Source: Balanoglossus misakiensis
Taxonomy: Eukaryota > Animalia > Hemichordata
Direction of reading: 5' to 3'
NCBI GenBank assembly: GCA_040954595.2
Contig: CM082598.2
Location: 6,897,097-6,961,096, forward strand
DNA length: 64,000 bases
In this document: positions 1 through 12,680 of the stretch, piece by piece
How the letters are laid out: every line of letters starts with the position of its first letter
Numbering within the stretch: position 1 is the first letter of the stretch
Made by a program: the position numbers and the translations under genes
The notes under the pieces: generated by a model
Told to the model about the DNA's origin: nothing
What the model saw: the letters and a program-made list of their open reading frames with translations, nothing else
Database searches by the model: none

Positions 1-1304
1 TTATACCTGTATATTGAATTCATCCAATAAAAGTATATGTTGATTTGTTTGTTTGTTTACACAGATGAAGTATTACTGAGCAGTACATTTTGCATTGTCT
101 ATGATTTTTACATGTTACAGGGGAAGTGCCATAATCATGTGCATTTCCAAGATAGGGATAACACTAGTAAGTACTAAATCAAGTGGGTAGAAATAGTTCC
201 CTTTAAAATAAGAACACTGAAGGCATAAGTTATACATACCATCAAGAACACTTCTTGACTGGATTCCAGTATAGAAGTTGACTCTCTCATCAGTTTTTGT
301 AATGACATCAACAATGCGCTTTCCTGGTGGTATTGGTTTAACAAAACATTCCATTTCACGGATGTCTTCCATAGTCAGATCGGTCTGGGTGGCCATGTCG
401 GAAAGGTTTGGAGAAGCAGTATGTATATAATCATGATCAGTGGGCTGGGGCATACCAATCCAGCACTGAACCAAAGGCTCCATATCTGTAAAGAAAATTT
501 CAATGTCAAAAATTTTTCATCACATTTATCACCATCCTTGGACAAAGGCTGAGCTAACTGTAAAACCATTCTAGTTTTCCCTACTTTCCCATCAAAGCAG
601 GGGAATTTCAAAAAATGCATGTGCATTTGCCAATTCTGTTCAGTGCTAGCCTGGTATCCATACCCCAGTGTGTTTTAGATAGTAGTGTGTGAATCTAAAA
701 CACACAGTGGTCTAGATACCAGGCTACATTGTATTTGCAAGCACTGGAGGAAAAAACTCGTCTAATAATATGCATATAAGTTTCAGCTTTCAATACCTCT
801 GTGCGATTGAAGCTTGATTCTTTCATGTATATACATGTTAGCAACAGATTAAAGAACAATTCTTTCATTGAAACTTACGCCCAACTCGTAATGTCTCTCT
901 CTCTGAGTCTGGTACGCTCTCTGGCGGCTCCGCTGCTCCATGATCAGATGACCTCGCCTTGTCGAGTTTTATCACGGTCGATGACGAGCGTGTATTCTTC
1001 ACTTTCCCCCATTGTTCCACTCAAAATATTCGGGATCGCCTTGCGCAAACCCTCTTTCATCAAGTTGAAAATTGTCGAAATGTCTGGAGCACAGTCGCGA
1101 TCGCTTGTTGATTTTTAACACGGCCTGTATCTTGTTGCAGCAGTCTTTCCCTTCCCTCCGCACCAGTCTCTTCCATCGAACTTTTGCATAGCGATTACGG
1201 GGCCATTTGACCCAGCGAACTGTCGACATCCATGGATGTCTGTTTAAGTGTTTCAATTTCCTGGAATCCGATCCACATTCTGCCGATTCACACTTGAATA
1301 CCAT
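1..1304 (-). pseudogene. Spliced THAP zinc-finger + Harbinger/ISL2EU (DDE_Tnp_4-type) transposase, 5' part, with one frameshift; continues off the left edge
   Basis: Exon 1 (1304-879) encodes a C2CH THAP signature (CESAEC...WP...W...LCSRHF). The frame stops at 999-1001, but a 1-nt shift in the G-run near 1008 restores an open frame to a GTAAGT donor at 878 in phase 1, matching exon 2 (485-240, acceptor TTTCTTTACAG). Exon 2 has DHDY (HCF-1-binding D/EHxY type), TQT and 'DERVNFYTG', the FYTG segment that precedes the HTH in DDE_Tnp_4 transposases. A third exon probably starts at 6. The catalytic domain is not in the window. Confidence 0.72.
647..726. mobile_element. 80-bp palindromic mini-element (TAGCCTGGTATC...GATACCAGGCTA) in the THAP gene intron
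   Basis: 12-bp terminal inverted repeat plus inner arms TGTGTTTTAGAT/ATCTAAAACACA; TAG...CTA termini; no clear TSD. Confidence 0.6.
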
Positions 1305-1349
1305 CTCTGTCAGACAACAGTCGAAATAACAGCATACAAAACACTAAAA

Positions 1350-1432
1350 TTCAAGATGGCCGCTAAAAAGTGTCGACCAATCTCCCATGATGCATGTCAA
1401 CTTTGACCCCCTAGCAACAAGTGAAAACCTAT
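1350..1432 (-). promoter_or_regulatory. Promoter and probable terminus of the THAP transposon
   Basis: YY1-like CAAGATGGCCGC (~1353) and ZNF143/SBS-like TCTCCCATGATGCA (1381) lie just upstream of the ATG. Sequence switches abruptly to an unrelated repeat after ATAGGTTTTCAC (minus, ~1432-1421). The partner TIR is off-window. Confidence 0.45.
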
Positions 1433-1439
1433 TTAAGGC

Positions 1440-1815
1440 AGCGAGAATTTTAGTCCCAACCCTGCAAACGCCAATTCAGTACCTGCTCTGGATGCCGAGA
1501 TATAGGAAATTAGGTCAAAGGTCACCCGAGGTCACTCAAAATGTAGGCAAAAATTTCTGACCCCATACTGGTCCATGTCCCACAAGAACAAAACCTGTAG
1601 CCCTCATAGTTAGCCCGGAATTAGGTATGCACATAATTAATGAGTTAAGCAGGTGTTACAGGTGAGCCCAAAATTTTGTCTTTTATTTTGGTCCCATTCA
1701 GCTCACGGGCCACTAGACTGTCACTGTACAGGACAATTGCACAGACATGGACATAACGTCATAGCTTAACTATAGAAAGTATAGGCCTGTGGGTGGGTCC
1801 ACAAATATGACAAAT
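1440..1815 (-). mobile_element. Fragment of Helentron/HINE-like element (about one ~237-bp unit plus adjoining sequence)
   Basis: Near reverse-complement of ~48750-49085 and similar to the units at 15880-17297; contains AGGTCAAAGGTCA at ~1512. Confidence 0.8.
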
Positions 1816-1818
1816 AAT

Positions 1819-1963
1819 AAGGGGTTATTACACGAATTTTGGTCGATAACGCGTCGTATTCGAGTGATGTCCGTATTTTGACGAGTTGGCTTCGCAGCGA
1901 GTCAAAATACGGACATCACGAGAATGCGTCGCGTTATCGACCAAAATTCGTGTAATAACCCCT
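1819..1963. repeat. Long near-perfect palindrome (~65-bp arms), probably the end of a mobile element
   Basis: AAGGGGTTATTACACGAATTTTGGTCGATAACGCG...TGATGTCCGTATTTTGAC pairs with GTCAAAATACGGACATCA...CGCGTTATCGACCAAAATTCGTGTAATAACCCCTT. A decayed relative lies at ~35310-35460. Confidence 0.9.
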
Positions 1964-2544
1964 TTATCATACATGCCTACCTATAAAACAGTACGATTTG
2001 CGAAAATGCGCCGAGAAAAACGATTTCAAATTTGATCCGTGCGCCCTGGGATCACGGCAGTAGCCATGTTGTGACGTATGACGTGTGGGCCGTAGTATCA
2101 TTTTAAGGGGGTTGGCAGCTTTCATTACGATGGGCACATCCGCATTCTAAATAAAATTGTCTACGTTCTCTTTCAAAATATCATGTTAACAATTATTTAG
2201 CAGACACGGACAATTTCTATTTGCTGACCATTACCACACCACACTCTGAGGCAACACTAGTACTCTGTTAGATTGCAGAATAGAATATTAGAATATTTTG
2301 ACTCAAGCCACCGTGGCCATACTTTTTAATTGGAGGGATATATGGAGCAGTCGAGTCCTGTTTGAGGCCTGTATGTGTATTGAAAAAATGAAAACGATTG
2401 TAAACAATTTGACAAAAAACAGACATTCTATTTCTAGTAAATGAAAGTGCATGTAAATTTGACTTGAATACATAACATCTTAAAGTCCCAATAGCTTCCA
2501 TTTTTTTCATCATTTAACTTTCGACATTAGAATTGTCCATTTAA

Positions 2545-3136
2545 AGCCTCAGTATTTCTCGTAGGGGCAAAATTTTGTTTGAAACGGCATCTATAATTTC
2601 TAAAAGTATATGATAATTGATACTGAATCGAACAGTCACCATCCCCAGCTCTGCTCATAAACTCATACAATTTACAATATAACGAGTGAAGAATGACTTT
2701 CTGTCCGGACAGAAAGTCAGGCTCTGTTGACATACGTGACTAGTGCGCATGCGCACTCAAATGTGAATCTATGCGGAAGAGGTTTGGTCGCCCCAAATCA
2801 AGCGACTCAGCGAAGAAATGCGCACTAATTCGGCGAAATTTTGGGAAGATAACTTTATGGGAGAAATCAGTCGATGGAACCAGATCAAATCCGAAAATGG
2901 TCTGACCATCAAATGTCAAAGTGGCACGTTTGCTGATCGACATGTACAACATTTCCGTTGTAAACAAACCAGCGCATCATTTCAAGTGTTACGGGCAATA
3001 TTTACAGCTTGCACGTAGCTACAGTTGCCCAAACCTTTCTTCTATCTTCATTATGTAGTATTCCATGATGAATGTACGGGAAAAACGGGCATTTTTCGAT
3101 GATGAAAAATGGATACACACGAGAAATACTGGGGCT
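2545..3136. mobile_element. Non-autonomous Kolobok-like DNA transposon (592 bp)
   Basis: 18-bp TIR AGCC(T/C)CAGTATTTCTCGT; TTAA at 2541-2544 and 3137-3140; the paralogous site in copy B (~12195) is empty with a single TTAA. AG...CT ends with TTAA TSD fit Kolobok. Confidence 0.88.
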
Positions 3137-5324
3137 TTAAGTCAGTTAACTGGTAGGCACACATATCAGCAACCTCTGATTGTAGCTGTTAATTTAAATA
3201 TGAAATTCAAAAATAAATGGGTATCGCACCCGTTTATTCAACTAGCAATTACAAGAGTACACAACTATTGTGGTGTGTGCACACGGGTAAAATATTCTCC
3301 ACAAACATTGGATTGAACGAAATGTTTGAACACTCGAAATAACGCATGTGTGCATAAGATGGTAAGATATGACGTGGGTGATATCAATCGTTTGGACGAA
3401 CAAGACCCAGATATTGCGTCTGTTGCTGCGGGGATGTGACACTATTCTTCACAAATCCAGTAGTTCTCCGAAGATTTACAATCTTCAATTTTCATTCTTA
3501 TTTTATTCTTTATTTTATCAGCAGAACGCAGCCAACCACGTCTTCCGGCGGGTCTCCGTCAGCCCATAACTTGTAGCCACCTGTATCACCGTCAAGCCAT
3601 GCATATTGACTCTGTTTTTCACACAGACAAAAATAAAACAAGGCGAAGTTTCAGTGAATCTCCAAAAAATATTACCATATTTTGTATGTGTGTAATGTGC
3701 GCTGGTAGTGGCATATATTCATTTATCGACAAAATAGTGGTTCCATATATTGTGTGTTATATACAGAATATCTAATCCGCTTCAAGACATAGAAAAACTG
3801 TATTCGGCTCTCGTAACAATTATTCCGAAAGAAATCATTGGAAATAAACAGTATAAAAAAGTTTCTGAGACAGGAAAGGGTGCATGGGGAAGTTGTCATC
3901 ACAATTTATAGACTGCCTATAGCCAGAAAAGAGAATGCTGTACAGCGGATTGGGAGATCATCAACATGTACCATGTACACCAACAGATTTGTAAATTAAA
4001 TTTGTTTCAAATGACTCCACCAAAATTCGCATGCACACTTGTGAAGCGACAACAGGACGGTAAAAGTCTGTATTCTCATCACAAATAGACAGACAGACAG
4101 ACAGACAGACAGAGAAAAGGACAGACAAACAAATAAACAACACTGCGATCATACCTCATTATCAATATTAGCTGTCTTCAACCCTATCCAGTACGGGTAC
4201 TGGTCATCTATGTTAGTCAATTCTGCCAAAATCTCGGTGAATTTGTTCTTGTTATCGAACTTGACCAGACTACTGTCAATGTCCCGGCAATTATCTCTCG
4301 CGTCATGCCATTTATATTTCGATTTGCCTGCACAGACTGTGTACGATCCCAGATGAACGATTTGACGGCAGAGATTGTTTGCTGAAAAATAATCACACAC
4401 TTCGGTTCATTTTCTGCATAAAAAAACATACATTCGGCATTGTTCAGGACGACCCTGCCGACCAATACATGATATTTCAAAATCAATTGAAAATATGATT
4501 GTTTACCATGAGGTACATTGAAACACAAAGTAACATGACAGACATGTACATTGTAGCAGTTACACTTTTCGCCTTCTTTGGCTTGCTAGCAACACTGTAT
4601 CATTTGGGACAAACACCAAGAGACGGAGGCAAATTTTGGATTTTTGAATGACTGGGTTATGTAGGAGGTCACTTTTGAAGTCGAATGGACGTCGACACTT
4701 TTGAAGTCAACCCAGATGGAGACACTCGCCCTTTTCAAGAGAGAGAGAGCAAACTAGTTCCCGACGGTGAGACTACACATACATGTACAGGGAATAAATC
4801 AGCTCTGCTGAAAAATACCACGAAGACGAGCGTTGCGATGTCGCTGTAGGAACATAAACAGCACAAGTCACAGCGACTTATGACCTTCGCGTTGACCCCG
4901 AAATGTATCTCGGTCTATCCCACAGCTCAATGAGACTTTCCAAGATGGCGGAAATACAATGTTACCCTCTATGCAACTAGGTGCTATGTGCTAAATAGAC
5001 AAGACTAATACCTACGTGAACATTCTGGATTAGAAGTCGGTTCCCACTGTCCTTCATTACAGGTTATAGTGTTATGATCTATTTCGTGAAAGCCGATAGT
5101 GCATTGAACGGTTGCCTCCTCGCCGTGACGCGTGATAGCATCTCCAATTAACTCCGTAACGTCGTTTAAATCCGCCGATGACGGAAGCAAACATGATTCT
5201 TTGGATTAAAAAAATGATATCCATTAAACTTTCGCAATTAAATATTATATGGACTCATTATATAGCATAGCTAAAACCAGTCTGAAAACACTGCGCACGT
5301 GCACACACAACTGTCTAATAAAAA

Positions 5325-5440
5325 CATACAAACATACATACATACATACATACATACATACATACATACATACATACATACATACCTACATACATACATA
5401 CATACACACGCAGACACACACACACACACACACATACATA
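5325..5440 (+). repeat. Compound microsatellite (CATA)n(CA)n, intronic
   Basis: Directly visible; paralog at ~14680-14805 has different repeat counts. Confidence 0.95.
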
Positions 5441-8400
5441 TATTACCTTTGCAAACAGGCAGTGGATTTGTCCATTCACCTTCAATGCACATGCTTGATT
5501 GTTTTCCGAACAAAGTGTAAAATATCTTAGCTGTTTCGTTCCACTCACACGTGAATGTCAAATAGCCAGTTCTTACAACAGTCACATGACCATTCTCTAT
5601 CGTTCCCGGATCTGAGCAGTCTGAGGAGCAAAAAACACCAGTTTCACTTCAACGTTTGAGAACCATGGCCAATTCGGATTGGCTCCTTGACTTGTGAATC
5701 AGATTTATGATAGTTCATATAAATTCCATGCCAAATTAAGGCTATGAAGTTGAACATAGATACGAATAAAATGACCATTATTACTGCAGTATTTTAGCCA
5801 TGGCAACACACAAGATGATGATGGCGAACGATGTTTTTTTAATGTTGACAAGTGCATTCAAGCCTGGACTTGAATACAATTATTAACAAAAATGGCGATC
5901 ATGCTTACATGGGGTATGTTGGGAACACAAAATAAATGTTTTTGTTTAAGGAGGCGAACTGGACACCATAGTCGACACAGAGAACATGAATTCTGAAAAA
6001 AGATAGTCTACAGTTACAGACGATCTACTTACTGCAATGCACAAGCGATTTCCTACATGGCTTTTCTTCTCGATCAACGCCTGCGCAGTCTGCACCTCCG
6101 TCTGCAGGTGGTGGAGTGTCACACTTTCTGGTGCGCGTGCGCACATTCCACCCACAACTGTCTGGACAGGATCCCCACGGAGACCACTTGCCCCATGCAC
6201 CATCGCCTTTAAGAAGTGAAACACGAGCGATTACTTTTTATATCTTGATAAATCATTAAAAATACACGATAATCATACAAACTGCTGTCTTGCTTTTCTT
6301 TCAACACTCCCTTAGTTGTGACAAGGCCATCTCATCACTACATGTATAGGCCTACATTCTATCTGCTCACATTTCAACACTCGGGCACATTTGTTACTCA
6401 CCAGAATTGCACCCCACCGCATCTGGACGACGAGCACATATATCTGTACCAGCGTGAGCTTCCTGCTCGATAGCCTCGATAATCTTGTTCGCTGCGGCCC
6501 CGCTTACTGTCGATTGGCAAGAGGGAAAATGTGTCAATAAAGCATCTCAAAAAAGGACAATCGCAATATTTGGTAACTTAAGCGTTTTCCACATCACTTA
6601 GACCAAAGCTAAAGACCTAAAGAATCACCTCCAATTTACATATACCCATCTATGAATGAATGTTTGTGGTTAAGTCCTCAACTGACCATATGGCGACGCA
6701 CTTTTCTGGCCCGCACTACCATAAACGACGTTGAATTTATTGTGATCAGTATTTACCTTCACAAATATGCACAAAACAAAAACGGTACTATCACTTTAAC
6801 ATGCTGTATACAATGTACCAAGGTTCTGCCCAGCCTTGCATCACTGAGAGCTGGTCGGATAATTAATATTCATGAGCTAATTAATATTCATCAGAAATAC
6901 TATAGGGGCCGGACATAAAATTAAAAGACTCACCGAGGGCGCTGCGAGTATCACAAGGCACAGTTTCATTGTCATGTCCCGTACACCCAATATCAACATT
7001 GGGAGTTCCGCCGAAGAGGCACTCGCGAGTTCTATTGCGGCGACCGACCAAGCCTCCTCCTGGCACTGGTTCACACGAAGCCAGACTCCACATTGACCAA
7101 ACTAGAACAAACAATAACAAAATTGACGACTCTAGTAGTACGCTCGATCAGTTTCACATTGAACACAAAACTATCACTGAGAAAACTTGCAAAAAGACAG
7201 CTACGTTTGCAATGAAGTGTGTTGTACGAGGACGGTAGGGCAATTCTGACTCACCCGGACAAATATGCATGTGACACTTCTGGTAGTCTGTACGATGACC
7301 CGCACAAGGGTTTCCGCCAACTCCAGGGACCGGGCTGTTGCACTCTCGTGTACGGGTTTGATATCCAGCGTTACACGACGCCGTACAGTCGGACCAGGAG
7401 CTCCAATCGCCCCAGCCGCCGTCAGTCACTGGAGCACAATGGAAGAAAGAAAAACCATAAGCGAGAAACTTCTCATTTCGCACATGCCGCTGCTCCATCT
7501 GAAGCCTTGAGTTGTTCAACATCTCTCGGAATATCAATCGCACTTCTCATTAAATCCTTAAATCGCCAAGGAAACCCCATTGAACAGTTTTAATTGCAAA
7601 GTTGTTGACATTGTAGTTTCAAAAGGGGCGATTAAAATGTTGGGTAAAACTAGTGGACAGTTAATGAATGACGTCCCCCGAGCCCGAGTGACACTCAGCA
7701 ACACACATTGCATACATTTAATCACGATTAATTTATTAATAGAGAATAAGAAATTTGCTCCTCAATTTTCTAACTAGCATCACAGTTAATTTGCTGACAT
7801 TTAAAATCAATAAGATCTTGAATTTCACAATGAATACATCTAATCGATTTTTCTTTTATCAGTAAATAGAATGTACGTTTTTCTCGAGTATCGGTCCACC
7901 GACCCCACGGATATGTTGACTGTATACAGTAGCGAACTCATTAATAAAGTAGTCTTTGCATTTCTCATTGTTCATAATTTGCAATTAAATGCTATGTTAA
8001 TGAGTTCTTGTGTTTCCCAAACTTTTAAACACGGAGCAATTTCCTTATTAATACTCAGCTGAGAGGAATGTTTTTCTCTATAAGAGAGTAATTAACGGCC
8101 ACATTTCCAATATTTGTCGATCATTTCGCATGACGCGCCGTGTCTTGATCCGATCCAGCAAAATTCGACAAAATGTAAATGTATTAATGGTTTGAACTTG
8201 GGTCGCACACCCCCGTACGAAAACCATGGGAGTACCCTTCCCCCTACCCGGGGGTTCCACACAGGCAGAGTCACAGCAATGAACCGCCGTCCACAAGACT
8301 GACCATATACCCGGTAAACGTACCTGGTATGTTGCAAATTGGTCCAATAAAGCGACTGCCCTACCTGCAGATACAGGAAAAAGTATCGCCGGTAGGGTTT

Positions 8401-8736
8401 TCTCGGCACCGTCCTCCGTTCAAACAAGGTTGACTGGCGCACGGTCTTGCTCTAGCCTGAAAGACATTATTCCGTCTGACTAAGTATACTCACCCACATA
8501 TACTACACATCAGATTGGCGCAATGTCCATGCAATAGCCACAGAATGATAATATTCAACATATAGGAACTACTCGTTGACAAAATCAGGAAAAGAGAAAA
8601 GAAACTTAATTTTGGGATCTGTATGAAAAATTCGACTATAGACTAGCAGTGTGTATTTCACCGTAGTGGCGATTGTTCAATCAAGATGAACTTATCATAA
8701 GCAAGAAACAACAAGAAAATGTGAAATATCATTTAA

Positions 8737-8790
8737 AGCCACAAGAGCTGCCAATGGGAAAATAGGAGAATTTAGGCAGCTCATGGGGCT
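8737..8790. mobile_element. 54-bp minimal Kolobok-like element
   Basis: TTAA|AGCCACAAGAGCTGCC...GGCAGCTCATGGGGCT|TTAA (16-bp TIR, 2 mismatches). Copy B keeps only the first ~7 bp before a ~250-bp deletion. Confidence 0.7.
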
Positions 8791-11612
8791 TTAAGAAATA
8801 CGAGAATCAGGTTTGTTGTTGTTTTATCGTTGTTGTTGTTTTTCCTTTGGACGTGTGACTGGAAAATTTTAGCACAATGCAAGTCAATCATTAGCAACGT
8901 CAGCTTGAAATCCAACAGGTGTTTTATCCCTGGTGGGTAGGATCGAAACGCGGGAAGCTTTCTTCAGGAATCAAGGTCGATATTGGTAATTTTATGTGGT
9001 TAGTGTTTTCTTACCTCGATGACTGTGTACTGATCATTTCGACCGTATTCCCAACCTGGACGGTGCTGCAGGGAGTCATAGTTCGGCGCCTCGGTCGGAG
9101 AGATCTCGCAGATTCTCTGAAAGGCTTGATAGTTGAACGACTTGCACTTCTCGCCCCGCCGGTAGCACGTGTTGGCGCACAGAAACACGTAGAGGGTGTC
9201 CCTGTGCATCGTCGGATTCGGGCACGAGAACGACATGTGCGGGGTTGGGATTTCGCTCTGGACAAGGTACGCCTGCGCCTCCGGGTCGAACTGGTCCCCG
9301 CTGTCGGGCGACGCTGCGACAGAACCCAGCGCAAATGTGGAAACTTGGGCCAGCAGAACCAACGCTTGCAAACTCATGGTTAAGCGCTGGTGGGCGTTGG
9401 CTAATGTGTTAAAACTTGTCAAAGCCCCAGAGTTTTACTCCTGCGTGTTTCGGGGTAATTACCTCAAGAGATAACCATTAGCTTAATGAGCATAGGCGGA
9501 TTTACTCATCAACCTATGAAATTAATAATAATTGAGATGTTTAATTAGGCCTACCCAGTGTGGCTAATAGCAGTCCGGTACAGCCCACGATATTCCTGGA
9601 GTCAAAGTGAATAACGACTCATAATATGCACGACTCTGTAACATTCACAAACAACTGTCACTCAGCTTATTACGTCTAAACAAGTCATATGTGCATTCAT
9701 ACTCGGGGGGGGGGGGGGTATTGGGGTCAGATAATCATTACCCCATGAACTGTTGTTTTCAAATACACTGATGTTTTAAATTATTTTGCAGTTTACGGTA
9801 CAGACAGGTAACATGTTTCTGTTGCCGCGGTTACCATTGGAATTAATTCCACTAATGGCCTTACAAGTCCCAAGGGGTTGTCGCACAATAAAGTTTGCTC
9901 GTGTTTTATTAATCGACACAATTTAATTTTCGTTATGTTTACCAAGCAGCTTCATCCGGTGCCGGTAAAAAGCAATTAATAATTAATTTGTTTATATTTT
10001 GTCCGCAAATTAGAACAAAATTTCATTAAGACAATAATAGGTATCATGGAGGACAGTATACGATGTAATGTAAACATGGCTGTCATTGGTCAATAAATAC
10101 GAGCATTGTGATTGGACGAAAGCTCTTTCCAACATTACAACCCTGAAGCCTGTGTCTGTTTGCCCGCCCGCCCGCCTGCCTGTCTCCCTCTCTGACTTTC
10201 CATTTTCCTTATTAAAAAAGAATAACATAATTCAAATCTGGTGATACCAGAACAGACTGAGGAAATTGGGACTGTGAAACCGAAGGTTTTATCTGCAATA
10301 CAATCTTCATTCTCTATCTCATAAAATATGCAAGATGGCGGTTTCGTGGGTAGTAAATTACCTAAAGTTCTGTATCGACCGGAATGGAAGAAATCTAAAA
10401 CCGAAATAACACAGAAGAATACTTTCATGTCGATCGAGTTCGTGGCTGTCGTAAAAGTGTCCCATTGGGAATATAGTAACTCTCGCCGATAACGTGGTGT
10501 CGCTATACTATTTGAAACCGTTCCCGCGTGGCCCGTGAAAATATCATCGGCACCATAAAACATGTCAGTATAGCGCCGTCGTGGCTATGTAAATGTATTG
10601 TAGAAACCAGAAATAATTTATAAGACACGTTCTTGGGAATCGACGATGATTTTGATCGTGTGTACTGATTTATGCCTTTTCATTAAAACACTGAATTGAT
10701 ATCTGTCGACAACTGAACGAGTGATGTCTTTGATCAATCAATGGTCAACGGGGTAGAAAAGTTTGAGGGTAGTAACGATTGAAACCGTTACAAACATCGT
10801 CCTAACCGGAAGGAACAATGTCTTTCTTTTGTTGTCTCATATAAAATGGCTACAAACATGTATCGCATGCAAAAATGCCATATTATTTGATTTCCTTTGA
10901 ATTTATAGATCACGACTTTCCTCTGATGTATTTTGCATAAAGTGCCCATCATCTTCCTCGCTTACATTGCCGAATCACCAGCTTGGACAACAACGTCATG
11001 GTAAACAAATCTTTCGTTTTTGTTGGGTTTTATGGCGGGAGTGGTGGCGGAAACGCAACAATGTTTGTGGCCTTTTTGGTCAGATAATAATATCACATAC
11101 CTTATCCATTGTAATTGCTAATCCATGGCACTCCATTTGTTGCACAAAGATATGCCTTCCAATACGGCATTCACCAGGTGTTCATCGTTCGAGCAACCTA
11201 ATTACCATGTGCGAAATTACCAGGTGAGAGAAACTAAGAGAACAATGAATATTAAATTAGGGTAATCTTGAGCGACCGCAAATTTATGGTACCAAGTGTC
11301 TCGAACGAGTACGCGTGCCTTGCTAGCATGCTACACCCAACAAGACTGACACAAAGTGGCAAATACAAGGGTAATGGATTACCTGGTTTGCCATGGTAAC
11401 CACCTCTGAAGACTGGGCACAAAAGAGGGAAAATCTTACTGCTCACAAGTCAATAACAACTTGAAATTTTGAATCCTAGCCGGAGACGATTCTCGAGGAC
11501 CCCCTGCTCACGGTCTGCTGGCATCTCGCTATGTCATGTGATAGAGCGCCCTCACGTTACAGTATGGGATAACCAAAGGTGGATTTCGAAGCTCTGACCC
11601 CCCCCCCCCAAG

Positions 11613-11717
11613 ACCTCTCTCACTCAAGACCTCTCTCACTCTCTCTTTCTGACTCGCTCTCTCTCTCTTTCTGACTCGCTCTTTCTCTCTCTCTCCCTCT
11701 CTCTCATACTCTCTCTC
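11613..11717 (+). repeat. Degenerate (CT)n microsatellite in the spacer between the duplicated blocks
   Basis: Visible CT-rich run. Confidence 0.85.
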
Positions 11718-12057
11718 CATCAAAAATTCCGTGGTGAATATTAATAGGGCGCCACCAAGGTTAAATGTATTATTACTATTGTTTCCCTTCGATGGCTTTG
11801 CGTCCACGTGACAAGCAATCATGCCATGTCCCCGAATGAGCAGACGCGGATAATTTCTATTTGCCGACCATTACCACGACACACTCTGAGGCAACACTAG
11901 TACTCTGTTAGATTGCAGAATAGAATATTAGAATATTTTGACTCAAACCACCGTGAGCCATACTTTTTAATTGGAGGGATATATGGAGCAGTCGAGACCG
12001 GTTTGAGGCCTGTATGTATATGTGTATTGAAAAAATGAAAACGATTGTAGACAATTC

Positions 12058-12420
12058 GACACAAAACAGACGTTCTATTTCTAGTAAATGAAAGTACACG
12101 TAAATTTGACTTGAATACATAACATCTTAAAGTTCCAATAGCTTCCATTTTTTTTTCTGATCATCATTTAACTTTCGACATTAGAATTGTCCATTTAAGT
12201 TAGTTAACTGGTAGGCACACATATCAGCAACCTCTGATTGACACAAAACAGACGTTCTATTTCTAGTAAATGAAAGTACATGTAAATTTGACTTGAATAC
12301 ATAACATCTTAAAGTCCCAATAGCTTCAAATGTTTTTTTTCATCATTTAACTTTCGACATTAGAATTGTCCATTTGAGTTAGTTAACTGGTAGGCACACA
12401 TATCAGCAACCTCTGATTGT
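12058..12420 (+). repeat. Local tandem duplication, 2 x ~182 bp
   Basis: GACACAAAACAGACGTTCT...CAACCTCTGATTG occurs twice in succession; copy A has one copy, split by the Kolobok insertion. Confidence 0.9.
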
Positions 12421-12680
12421 GTGGCTGTTAATTCAAATATGAAATTCAAAAATAAATGGGTGTCGCACCCGTTTATTCAACTAGCAATTACAAGAGTACA
12501 CAACTATTGTGGTGTGTGCACACGGGTAAAATATTCTCCACAAACTTTGGATTGAACGAAATGTTTGAACACTCGAAATAACGCATGTGTGCATAAGATG
12601 ATAAGATATGACGTGGGTGATATCAATCGTTTGGACGAACAAGACCGAGAGATTGCGTCTGTTGGTGCGGGGATGTGACG

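Larger units (their letters stand above)
3442..9377 (-). pseudogene. Copy A of secreted PAN-EGF-TSP1x3-CCPx2-C-type lectin gene, disrupted
   Basis: Exons 9377-9015, 8456-8324, 7428-7255, 7101-6934, 6506-6402, 6206-6033, 5620-5447, 5198-5016, 4381-4155, 3611-3442, all GT-AG. In-frame TAG at 8363-8361 in the EGF exon (GAG in copy B). A 1-nt loss in an A-run of the last exon gives a premature TAA at 3512-3510. Confidence 0.85.
2199..10877. repeat. Segmental duplication, copy A
   Basis: Collinear high identity with 11839-23108, from AGCAGAC(A/G)CGGA... to ...TATCGCATGCAAAAATG. Confidence 0.95.

Noticed and set aside
5249-5548. ORFs rich in HTYI/VCMY (also 14603-14914, 48228-48599)
   Set aside because: Translations of (CATA)n/(CA)n microsatellites; only the embedded CCP exon is real.
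5946-6224. 92-aa ORF MFHFLKAMVHG... (also 15161-15409, 8092-8442, 19522-19779)
   Set aside because: Wrong frames over true TSP1 and EGF exons.
9000-9422. Stand-alone single-exon 140-aa PAN protein
   Set aside because: GAG|GTAAGA donor and a phase-matched EGF exon show it is exon 1 of the larger gene; the real start is more likely ATG 9377.
8919-9474. Overlapping plus-strand and alternate-frame ORFs over exon 1 (also 20074-20623)
   Set aside because: Shadows of the GC-rich PAN exon with no domain signature.
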